A stretch of 64,000 nucleotides of DNA, taken from the NCBI GenBank assembly GCA_944391715.1, contig CALXUP010000006.1, positions 1,895 to 65,894 on the forward strand, in the 5' to 3' direction. Below, piece by piece: positions 47,101 to 54,845 of the stretch. The stretch comes from an uncultured Alphaproteobacteria bacterium. Its GTDB lineage: Bacteria; Pseudomonadota; Alphaproteobacteria; RF32; CAG-239. The notes beneath the pieces are model-generated. The model was not told where the DNA came from. It made no database searches and saw nothing but the letters and a program-made list of their open reading frames with translations. Both the position numbers and the translations under genes were made by a program. Within the stretch, counting starts at the first letter, position 1, and each line of letters starts with the position of its first letter.

Positions 47101-47365
47101 CATTTTTGCGATAGGTTACGTTATTGGCAATAATCTTAATCGGCTTAATCGAACGCACCAGCTCAAGATTCACCGAATCCAACGTTACCTGGTATTCGGC
47201 ATCATCGTGATTCAGAGCTTTGATGATATACGGTTTCAAAAACGGAATGGCTATCGGGCCGCTGTACAATTGCCACAAAAACAGCAAGATTAATCCGAGG
47301 ATTGCTACGCCGACGTAATCCATCGTTTTATGAAAAATATATGCCCGATTACTGATTATCTTCAT
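44126..47365 (-). CDS. asmA: AsmA-family outer-membrane biogenesis protein
   Basis: 1079 aa. N-terminal TM anchor then a long beta-rich body. C-terminal region ...TPVLAKLLTVASFSGMVNLLTGEGIKFSHFDAPFTY is typical of the AsmA_2 domain. Confidence 0.75.
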   Translation of the reverse strand: MKIISNRAYIFHKTMDYVGVAILGLILLFLWQLYSGPIAIPFLKPYIIKALNHDDAEYQVTLDSVNLELVRSIKPIKIIANNVTYRKNDGSFSVNAPKTSVSFSIRALLHGVIAPSNIEVSDPRIYIFTDYGVKKEQKNIANQKKLAFYFDYFEDFLERFNSDDETYTESYVNGIEINNAEVEFHEVDLGRKWIFSDLNYRFSRNFTSIESDISALMKFDDKQASVGLDLEYKLLGEKVALEFYFADIVPSQFAASLPDKELAAQLAKVNLPLSGKIDALIDFHNVLKNKNDVAKSLDDALEKMTFSLEGGNGSIQFSEGEDYKYNIASVILNGDISAGLDKVSIKNAKFDLDNQKTILNLELTGLKKYFLEQSPEDLKIAFQADIPELKFDDLYHLWPRALAEDAWLWCEDSLYGGMAKNARFNVDFAYDKEQKSIAFKDFKGRADAAGVNLNYLRGMPDIKDIYGTFSIDSQELKVVVDKGVSNGVIMTGGSVLLYDLDKEDNFADIKIIAESSITDALKLIDNPPLGFASEMGLKPEEIDGNAVTDLELKFELRNDLETDDVNVKVKSELKDVVIPDIVAGKSVKANALKMDVTNAGMLIEGDVTLDDSPFKLIWSENFDKEKEYNSRYQLTFLYDKAFKEKWGIDYEILNPPYIDGTADVLAEITSYPQDKMKVNLNAELTNAKLDFSFLGLNKKLGEKALLKAEIDVNNGKITSIPSLSFDKFDFNLQGKIALNKDQKITSVDISGIHAPKTAAKAKVEFAYKPKEKIKVNISGTSYDLSAFFIPKEKDIQTPKKIKGNKNISRPRNEDKWKDVTDTDINIAVNNLWTSEKSMIKNFAGSAKLVKGTGIKEMHLVGNFTSSPHSYLRLNYVPHANKEFMLDIDSNDAGNTLKFLRFYDNMQGGRLTISARRDKNKDFIGHAKIRDFSVHNTPVLAKLLTVASFSGMVNLLTGEGIKFSHFDAPFTYADQILSVKEAKTFGNVLGITANGSYDLYYDDIDIKGVVAPAYSLNSLIGKIPLVGSLLSGKDGTVFAANYQIKGNIEDPQISLNPLSALSPSSLKDMLSSVFGESNAK

Positions 47366-47368
47366 CTT

Positions 47369-48214
47369 TTACTTTCTTACCATTTCATCCAGCCAGAAAA
47401 GGACATCGCGATAATTGCGCAGTTCGTACAAACCGCTGTGCGTCCCGCCCTGATATATAATCATTTTTTTCGGTTCTTTAGCAAATGTATATAAATTTTT
47501 TGCCAATTCAAGCGGCACAACCGTATCTTCCGTTCCGGCCATGACCAAAACAGGCGCTTTTACCTGCGACAACATTTCTTCATTATGATATTTGTCACGA
47601 ACAATATATTTTAACGGCAACGGCAGCCAAACGGCTTTCCGGGCGGCGTTTTCTATATTGTCAAACGGCACTTCCAAAATAAGTCCGGCAAAATTTCCGC
47701 CGTCCTGCAAGCGGTGTATATTATTAACGGCCAGATGCGAACCGAGCGACATTCCGTACATGACCAGCTGCGAATTATTATATCCCATCCGGCGCAGCTC
47801 TTTAACCGCGGCCAGAGCATCGGTCTCCAGACCGGTCTGGGTTATTCTGCCCGGGATTCCGCCAAAGCCGCGATATTCCGGCATAAAAACGCCGTATCCG
47901 GCTTCTGCCAGCGGAAGCAGCTTTGGATAAAAATGTTCAATATTATAAGCATTGCCGTGAAGATAGACAATTACTGGAAAACTATTGTCGCGCGGGGGAA
48001 TATACCAGCCGAACAGGGGCGTGCCGTCAGCGGACTTAAAATCTACACGTTCCGCAGCAAAACCGTTCGCCACGGCGTTTTGCAGGTTTGGTTCCTCGGA
48101 TGACGGATGATAAAAAAACAGTTCCGGAAAAGACCAGGCGATTGCACAAAAGGCGAGATAAGCGGAAATCATTCCCACTATCCCGAACTTCAGCCATTTT
48201 CCGATTGTCTTCAT
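47369..48214 (-). CDS. alpha/beta hydrolase (membrane-anchored)
   Basis: N-terminal TM (MKTIGKWLKFGIVGMISAYLAFCAIAW), nucleophile elbow GMSLGS, distal Asp/His (GTEDTVV, GGTHSG). Confidence 0.75.
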   Translation of the reverse strand: MKTIGKWLKFGIVGMISAYLAFCAIAWSFPELFFYHPSSEEPNLQNAVANGFAAERVDFKSADGTPLFGWYIPPRDNSFPVIVYLHGNAYNIEHFYPKLLPLAEAGYGVFMPEYRGFGGIPGRITQTGLETDALAAVKELRRMGYNNSQLVMYGMSLGSHLAVNNIHRLQDGGNFAGLILEVPFDNIENAARKAVWLPLPLKYIVRDKYHNEEMLSQVKAPVLVMAGTEDTVVPLELAKNLYTFAKEPKKMIIYQGGTHSGLYELRNYRDVLFWLDEMVRK

Positions 48215-48224
48215 TTTCTCTCCG

Positions 48225-49320
48225 CTATAATTTTTGGGCCAGCGCCGCACTTAAAAACATATCAATATCACCGTCCAACACGGCCTTGGTATCAGAGGTT
48301 TCAACCTCCGTCCGCAGGTCTTTTACCATTTTATAAGGCTGCAAAACATATGAGCGTATCTGATGTCCCCAACCGATGTCGCTTTGGTTGTCCCGCATTG
48401 TCTGTTCGGCTTCTTCGCGTTTTTTCAGCTCCAATTCATAGAGGCGGGCTTTTAACATTTTCCAGGCAGCCTCCCGGTTCTGAAACTGAGAACGCTGGTT
48501 TTGGCATTGAACGACTATTCCGGTCGGGATATGCGTAATCCGTACGGCAGAATCGGTTTTGTTAATATGCTGGCCGCCGGCGCCGCTGGCCCGATAAGTA
48601 TCAACCCGGCAATCGGCCTCGTTAACCTCAATTTCTATATCATCATCCAAGACGGGATAAACCCCGACGGACGCAAAGCTTGTATGACGGCGGGCCGCAC
48701 TGTCAAACGGAGAAATCCGCACCAGTCGGTGAACTCCGGTTTCCGACTTGAGCCAACCATAAGCATTATGGCCGCAAATTTTTAACGTAACCGATTTAAT
48801 ACCGGCGACATCGCCTTCGGTTTCCTCGACATATTCAACTTTGAACTTGCGGCTTTCCGCCCAGCGGCTATACATCCGAACAAGCATCTCAGCCCAATCC
48901 TGCGCTTCCGTACCGCCGCTGCCGGCGTGAACTTCCAAAAAGGCGTCATTGGCATCGACTTCTCCGGAGAGCAAAGCTTCCAGTTCGCCGCGTTTGGCAT
49001 CTTCCTTCAACTGCTGCAATTCATGATAAGCTTCGGTGATTATGACCTCGTCATTTTCGGTTTCAGCCATTTCAACCAGATCAATGATATCGTCCAAAGC
49101 TTTGCTCATTGCCTCATAACGGTGGAGATTATCTTCCAGCCGTGTTTTTTCGCTCATCAGCTTTTTGGCTTTTTCGGCATCGCTCCAAAGATTGGCATCT
49201 TCGCTCAATGCATTGAGTTCACTCAGCCGCAATACGGCATTGTCATAGTCAAAGAGACCTCCTCAGCAGTTCTAAAGACTGCCTGATTTCGTCAACGATT
49301 TCCGTGATTTCCGCACGCAT
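48225..49320 (-). CDS. prfB: peptide chain release factor 2, with programmed +1 ribosomal frameshift
   Basis: ORF0 [23 protein letters not shown] ends at the in-frame TGA within AGGAGGUCUCUUUGACUAUGAC (shift site CUU UGA C at plus 49247-49253, internal SD AGGAGG). The +1 frame continues [14 protein letters not shown]... into a 335-aa body with the SPF and GGQ regions of RF2. Confidence 0.85.
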
Positions 49321-49332
49321 TTTTCTTTCTCC

Positions 49333-51795
49333 TTAATATTGTCCGCCAAGCTGAAAATCCCCGCCCTCGTCCGAAGAATAGCCGGAGGCCGGCGTTTCCG
49401 TTTCGGAAGTTGCCGCCGAATCGTCGCCGATAACGCGCTGTCCCTGCTTATCAAAATCAAAATCCGGTTTCAGCGCTTCGACAATCACGGCCTTATCCAT
49501 CGGCGTTGCCGGTTTGCCGGTATTGTGGTTTACCCGGACAAGTTTGATGCCGTTCGGAATACGGAACGGTATATCCGGCTGGTCTTTCAAGGCCTGCTGC
49601 ATAAAGTCATAAAATATCGGCAAGGCCGCCGTTGCGCCGGTCTCGCGTTTGCCAAGCGTCCGGGGCTCGTCAAACCCGATATAAATACCAACAACCAAAT
49701 CCGGCGAAAAACCGATAAACCAAGAATCTTTATTGTCGTTTGTCGTGCCGGTCTTGCCTGCCAAATGACGGTGCAGGCTGCGCAGACGGGCTGCCGTTCC
49801 GCGGACGGCCACACCTTCCAGAATGCTGGTCATCTGATAAGCGCTGAGCGGATCGACAATCTGTTCGCGATTATCCGGCAGTTTCGGCGTTTCCTGATTT
49901 TCATAAAAATCAACATTGCAGCCGGTACATTCCCGTTTGTCATGTTTCAAAATCGTATTTCCCCGGCGGTCCTGAACCTGCTCAATAAAATAAGGTTCAA
50001 TTTTTTTGCCGCCGTTGACAATCATTCCATATCCTGCCACCATATTAATCAATCTGGTATCCGACGCGCCCAAAGACATGGAAAGAAACTTCGGGAGATT
50101 GTCATTAATTCCGAAACGGCGGACATATTCCGAAACTTTATCCATACCGATATCCTGTGCCAGGCGGACGGTCATCAGATTGCGGGATTTTTCTATACCC
50201 TGGCGCAGCGTCGTCAGGCCGTAAAAATTGACCGAATAGTTTTTCGGCTTCCATTTCGGCAGCCCTTCGCCCTGATCCAAAACAAAAGGCGCATCCAAAA
50301 TCAGATCGGTCGGAGAATAGCCGTTATCCAAAGCCGTGATATAAACAAAAGGCTTGAATGAAGAGCCGGTCTGGCGTTTGGCCTGGGTTGCCCGGTTAAA
50401 CTGCGACTGAGAAAAATCGTATCCGCCGACGGCTGCCAAAACCTTGCCGGTGTGGGGATCCATGGCGACCAAAGCCCCCTGAACATTCGGCACCTGACGC
50501 AGGTGATAGCTGTCTGCCGCAAGCTTTTTGGAGGCAATTTCTTTTTCCGTGGCCTTTTCGGCATAAACGACATCGCCTTTTTTCAGAAACTTGGCGGCAC
50601 TGTCAATCGGACCGGTAATTCCCTGATTTTTCAAGGCCTTTCCGGCTTTGGGCATCAGCGACAGAGGAATTACTCCGCGCTCACCGTCAGCGGTTTCAAT
50701 TACAGCCTTGTCTTTGCTCACTTCAAGAACAACGACTTTTTGCCAGCCCTCATCCGCTCCCTTTGGCATTTCTACCTTGGCCAGAGTTTCTTTATAGTCG
50801 CCGTCCAGATTAATATTGGTTACCGCACCGCGCCAGCCATGACGGTCATCATAAGCCTTGATTCCTTTTCTGAAGACTTCGGTCGCGATTTCCTGAAGTT
50901 TCGGATCAACCGTTGTTCTGACCAGCAGCCCGCCTTCATATAAGGCATCATCCCCGAATTTGTCCGTAATCCGGCGGCGGACTTCCTCACTGAAATATTG
51001 GGCGTCTTTAACAAACTCATTGTTGCGTTCTATGGTTACCAACGGCTTTTCTTTGGCGGCAACCGCCTCTTCTTCGCTGATATAGCCGTCCTCGCGCATC
51101 CGGTCAATCACCCAGTTACGGCGGGCAATGGCAGCCTCTTTTTTGGTCTTCGGGTTATAATTGTTCGGCCCTTTCGGCAAAGCTGCCAGATAAGCCGCCT
51201 CTTCCAAGCTCAATTCATCCAGCGATTTGCCAAAATAATTCAGCGCTGCAGCCCCGACGCCGTAAGACCGGTTGCCGAGATAAATTTCGTTCAAATAAAG
51301 TTCCAGAATATGGTCTTTGCTGAAAGCCTGTTCAATCCGGGTTGCCAGAATGGCTTCCTTGATTTTCCGGCTGTACGAAAGCTCGGAAGAAAGCAAAAAG
51401 TTTTTGGCAACCTGCTGCGTAATCGTCGAAGCGCCGGCCGGACGTGCGCCGGTTCCGATTTTTTTGATATTTCCCAAAACGGCACGGACAATACCGACAT
51501 AATCAATTCCGGAATGGGAATAAAACTTTTTGTCTTCTGCCGCAATAAAGGCATTCTTCACTTTTTCCGGAATCTTATCAATCGGCACAAAAAAACGCTT
51601 TTCCGTGGCGTATTCCATCAACAGGCGTCCGTCGCCGGCATAAAGGCGGGTGGTTACCGCAGGCTCGTATTTGGCCAGTTGGCGATAATCGGGAAGTTTG
51701 CTGGAATAATCCCAGATTGTGCTGATGATGACAACAAAAGCAATGACCGCAAAAAAGAAAAATGTGCTTAATAATGAAGACAGCGTTTTTAACAT
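49333..51795 (-). CDS. mrcA: penicillin-binding protein 1A (bifunctional transglycosylase/transpeptidase)
   Basis: N-terminal TM, GT51 motifs (EDKKFYSHSGID, RxxxTITQQ), transpeptidase SxxK (GSSFKP), SxN, KTGT. 820 aa. Confidence 0.9.
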   Translation of the reverse strand: MLKTLSSLLSTFFFFAVIAFVVIISTIWDYSSKLPDYRQLAKYEPAVTTRLYAGDGRLLMEYATEKRFFVPIDKIPEKVKNAFIAAEDKKFYSHSGIDYVGIVRAVLGNIKKIGTGARPAGASTITQQVAKNFLLSSELSYSRKIKEAILATRIEQAFSKDHILELYLNEIYLGNRSYGVGAAALNYFGKSLDELSLEEAAYLAALPKGPNNYNPKTKKEAAIARRNWVIDRMREDGYISEEEAVAAKEKPLVTIERNNEFVKDAQYFSEEVRRRITDKFGDDALYEGGLLVRTTVDPKLQEIATEVFRKGIKAYDDRHGWRGAVTNINLDGDYKETLAKVEMPKGADEGWQKVVVLEVSKDKAVIETADGERGVIPLSLMPKAGKALKNQGITGPIDSAAKFLKKGDVVYAEKATEKEIASKKLAADSYHLRQVPNVQGALVAMDPHTGKVLAAVGGYDFSQSQFNRATQAKRQTGSSFKPFVYITALDNGYSPTDLILDAPFVLDQGEGLPKWKPKNYSVNFYGLTTLRQGIEKSRNLMTVRLAQDIGMDKVSEYVRRFGINDNLPKFLSMSLGASDTRLINMVAGYGMIVNGGKKIEPYFIEQVQDRRGNTILKHDKRECTGCNVDFYENQETPKLPDNREQIVDPLSAYQMTSILEGVAVRGTAARLRSLHRHLAGKTGTTNDNKDSWFIGFSPDLVVGIYIGFDEPRTLGKRETGATAALPIFYDFMQQALKDQPDIPFRIPNGIKLVRVNHNTGKPATPMDKAVIVEALKPDFDFDKQGQRVIGDDSAATSETETPASGYSSDEGGDFQLGGQY

Positions 51796-51966
51796 CTACA
51801 AATCCGTTATTTTAGGGTATTTTAATCTATTTGTTCAGAATCTTGTGCTTAATCTATTACAATTTAAGAAAAATGCAAAGAAATTTTTTATTTTTCCCCT
51901 TTAGCTTTCCACTTCTGAACCAATCTGTCTTCTAGCCAAAATACCCATTATACTTTTCATTATGTG

Positions 51967-51995
51967 TTGACTATTCACTTGAGCTGTGATATAAT
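51967..51995 (+). promoter_or_regulatory. near-consensus sigma70 promoter
   Basis: TTGACT (51967-51972), a 17 bp spacer, then TATAAT (51990-51995). About 30 bp upstream of the gggagag RBS of the Cys-rich gene. Confidence 0.55.
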
Positions 51996-52026
51996 TTCCC
52001 TATGTGTTTGTTTTGACGGGAGAGAA

Positions 52027-52491
52027 ATGATGAAACAATATATTTTGGGGAGCGTCTTATGCTGCACCGCTCTTACTTCCGGTTATGCCTTAGCGGCCTG
52101 CACCCAAACGCCGGATTGTGAGACGATGGGATACATATATACTGCCGACGAATGTCCGAACGGCGGCGTTAAATGTCCGTTTGATATCAGCAAATATTTT
52201 TGTTTCGATCCAAGCGAAAATGCCCCCTCTGTTCCGACGAGCGGATATTGTTGTGGATACACTAATTACTGCGGATACAGTGGCGGAACGTCAAGCTCTA
52301 ATGACTCTACTTGTCAAAATTATTATGGCAGAAGTTGTTATGAACAATGTAAAAGCTATGGTTTTACAGATTGTAATGATTTGCAGGATAGTTGTCGAAC
52401 CTCCGGCGGTACTCCGGTCTTCCAAGGTTGTAACGGTACCGGTGATAACGACCTTTACTATGCCCACGGCGTCACCTTCGCGTGCCAGTAG
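52027..52491 (+). CDS. secreted cysteine-rich small protein (19 Cys in ~132-aa mature part)
   Basis: RBS gggagag + ATGATG. Signal peptide MMKQYILGSVLCCTALTSGYALA. Mature region rich in C/G/Y/T/S/N/D (CTQTPDCETMGY...GYCCGYTNYCGYSGG...CQNYYGRSCYEQCKSYGFTDCNDLQDSC...). No family recognised. Confidence 0.6.
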   Translation: MMKQYILGSVLCCTALTSGYALAACTQTPDCETMGYIYTADECPNGGVKCPFDISKYFCFDPSENAPSVPTSGYCCGYTNYCGYSGGTSSSNDSTCQNYYGRSCYEQCKSYGFTDCNDLQDSCRTSGGTPVFQGCNGTGDNDLYYAHGVTFACQ

Positions 52492-52494
52492 TCG

Positions 52495-53050
52495 TCTCTG
52501 CCTGTCATTGCCGGACTTGATCCGGCAATCCCGATAGACAAAGAAGCCATATAATTGACCTGGATCTCCGGGTGTAAATTCCCGCAAGCGGGCCCCTTGG
52601 CACTTCGCCAGCTCAGCGATTTTATCCGGCAGTCCCAGTGCCTGCGGCACGCGACGCCGAATGCAATTGCGTCCCGTAGGGTTCGAACTTCGTACAAATC
52701 TAAGCTAAAGCTAAGGATTTGCACTCGTTCTCACCAACTATCGACTTCAAGCCCGGGGATGACCTGCTCGGCAGGCGCGCGGCGAACTGAAAGCACTGTG
52801 TTCCAGGGACCGCGTTGCTCCGGCGGAGGTTGTGAATGACTTTGTGCTTTGAAGTATGGATCCCCGGGTCGCAGCCCGGGGATGACAAAAAACAAAAACA
52901 GCCCGGGGATGACGAAAGAAAAAAGAGTCCGGGGATGACAAATAAGAAAAAGAGCCTTGGGGATGACAAATAAGAAAAAGAACCCGGAAATGACCTGCAC
53001 GGCAGGTGTGCGGCGAACTTTACTTGCATTAACAGCTATATTTTCAGATA
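52495..53050. repeat. repeat island: 28 bp palindrome-containing block, two copies of a ~45 bp element flanking four 27 bp tandem repeats
   Basis: gtcattgccggacttgatccggcaatcc (52504-52531) is identical to 6559-6586. cccggggatgacctgctcggcaggcgcgcggcgaact (52746-52790) is similar to cccggaaatgacctgcacggcaggtgtgcggcgaact (52984-53022). Tandem units cccggggatgac[a/g]aa..aaaaa.ag about 4 times across 52872-52983. Confidence 0.6.
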
Positions 53051-53068
53051 ATTCAAAATATTTTTCAG

Positions 53069-54334
53069 TTAAAACAGCGAGGCGTGGTGCATATTCTCAA
53101 AATATTTATCTATGGCCGAGGCTGCCGATTTTGCCAGTTTCTTACGATATGACGGCTGACGCAGAAGTTTTTCTTCCGAGCGGTTTGACAAATATCCCAT
53201 TTCCAGCAGGACGGAAGGAATATCCGGCGCTTTTAAGACGGCGAATCCGGCAAAGCGGTGTGTGTTGTCGAGAAGTTTGCAGCTTTTGCGCATTTCCGAT
53301 ACCATAAAGGTTGCAAATTCCGATGAACGGTTCAGAGTTTCGCGTTGTGCCAGGTTAATCAAAATATCGGAAACTTCTTTGGAATGTTCGGCAAAGTTCA
53401 GTCCGGCAATCACATCGGCTTTATTTTCACGTTCGGCCAGAGCCGCGGCCTCTTTGTCGGAAGCCTTTTCAGACAAAGTATAAACCGACAGGCCTTTGGC
53501 ATTGCGGTTTAAGGCACTGTCCGCATGGATGGACAGGAACAAGTCTGCCTTGTATTTGCGGGCTATACGGACGCGTTCGCGCAATGGAATAAAGACATCG
53601 CGGTTGCGGGTCAGATAGACTTTATACTCGCCTTTGGCATCAAGTATTTTTTTCAGCTCCCTTGCCGCAGCCAGCGTGATGTTTTTTTCATACACGCCAG
53701 ACACGCCGATGGCGCCCGGATCTTGTCCGCCGTGGCCGGGATCTAGCACGATGATTTTTTTGGCATTGCGGCGTTTGTTTTCCGCTGCGTCCGATTTCGT
53801 GCTTTTGGCATTTTTGGCGCTTTGGGTGGACGAACCGCCGTCATCCGATACGGCATAAGCAGCGCCGACATGTTTGGAAAAGTCGTTTTCCGAAGTGATT
53901 TCCAAATCAATAACAAAACGCCAGCCGAAATTAATCTGCGGCGGCAGCATAAAGGCTTTTTTGATTATGGCCGGCTGTTTGAGGTCAAAAGCCAGCCGGG
54001 AGGCACCGGTATCAACATTGCGGCCGATGCGCGGATTTTCCAGAACATTATTGGCCGTCAGGCTCTTTTCGACCTTTGAACTCAGCGTAACGCTGTCAAA
54101 GTCAACAACCAGACGGCGCGGCCCGCTTAACAAAAAGACATTGTAGCCGAACTTGGCATTTGTATCAAAAACAATGCGAATACCGCCGGAATTCTGTCCG
54201 ATACGCAAAGACTGAATTGTGGCCGTTGCGGCTTCTGCCTGCCCGCATATCAGCAGATACGACAAAGCAAGCATTGCCGGTACGGCAAGCTTTTTGAAAA
54301 AAACAGAGATATTTTTTTTCAGTTTTTGCAACAT
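53069..54334 (-). CDS. amiC: N-acetylmuramoyl-L-alanine amidase (AMIN domain + Amidase_3)
   Basis: Signal peptide, then an AMIN-like beta domain (ATIQSLRIGQNSGGIRIVFD). Amidase_3 region IVLDPGHGGQDPGAIG...LSIHADS. Confidence 0.85.
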   Translation of the reverse strand: MLQKLKKNISVFFKKLAVPAMLALSYLLICGQAEAATATIQSLRIGQNSGGIRIVFDTNAKFGYNVFLLSGPRRLVVDFDSVTLSSKVEKSLTANNVLENPRIGRNVDTGASRLAFDLKQPAIIKKAFMLPPQINFGWRFVIDLEITSENDFSKHVGAAYAVSDDGGSSTQSAKNAKSTKSDAAENKRRNAKKIIVLDPGHGGQDPGAIGVSGVYEKNITLAAARELKKILDAKGEYKVYLTRNRDVFIPLRERVRIARKYKADLFLSIHADSALNRNAKGLSVYTLSEKASDKEAAALAERENKADVIAGLNFAEHSKEVSDILINLAQRETLNRSSEFATFMVSEMRKSCKLLDNTHRFAGFAVLKAPDIPSVLLEMGYLSNRSEEKLLRQPSYRKKLAKSAASAIDKYFENMHHASLF

Positions 54335-54845
54335 AATATATTCAGTCTGAATCCTTTTATTTTATTAAGCATAACTGATATTCATTACCAAGTCGTTAAA
54401 CCCTGAAACAAAAATTTTACACCCGATATGATTTTATTATTGAGTTTTAAAACAATTCGTATATTCTAACGTTGGGTTAGATGAATTTTTTGCATCAGGA
54501 CGTGGTTTTAATATTTACACTGAAGAAGACTGATTTTGCAAGACCAAATTTTTGATGCCGCCGCCTTATCATTGATATTCCGGCCTCATATAACCCGGGG
54601 AAAAAGTTTTTGCCGGACGTTGTCTGCCGTATTTACAATATGTTGCGAGCAATTAGATAAGACTTAATGCATATTGCAAATATGAGAAAGTTTTTATATG
54701 GCCGTAATCTGATTTATGGCGCAGAAAATACAGGTTTCTGAATTGACGGACTTAAATTGCATTAAGGGAATCCGTTTAAAATCGACAAACTCCGGCATAT
54801 TAAAATTCGGTTGCCCTGTGCAGCCAAGAAGTGGAGTTATTATTT
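54335..54845 (+). promoter_or_regulatory. long 5' leader/promoter region of rne (probable autoregulatory UTR)
   Basis: About 500 bp of non-coding sequence upstream of rne. rne 5' UTRs are long and structured in proteobacteria. Confidence 0.3.

Noticed and set aside
52870-52985. Possible CRISPR array (regularly spaced cccggggatgac repeats)
   Set aside because: Units are 26-28 bp tandem repeats with A-rich variable tails. There are no unique spacers of 30-40 bp and no cas genes nearby, so this is a minisatellite-like tandem repeat.
52700-53029. ORF-track proteins 52700..53029, 52731..53000 and 52747..52941 on the minus strand (FLFVIPGLFF... repeats)
   Set aside because: They are translations of the 27 bp tandem DNA repeats and have no RBS. 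Their repetitive peptide is an artefact of the DNA periodicity.
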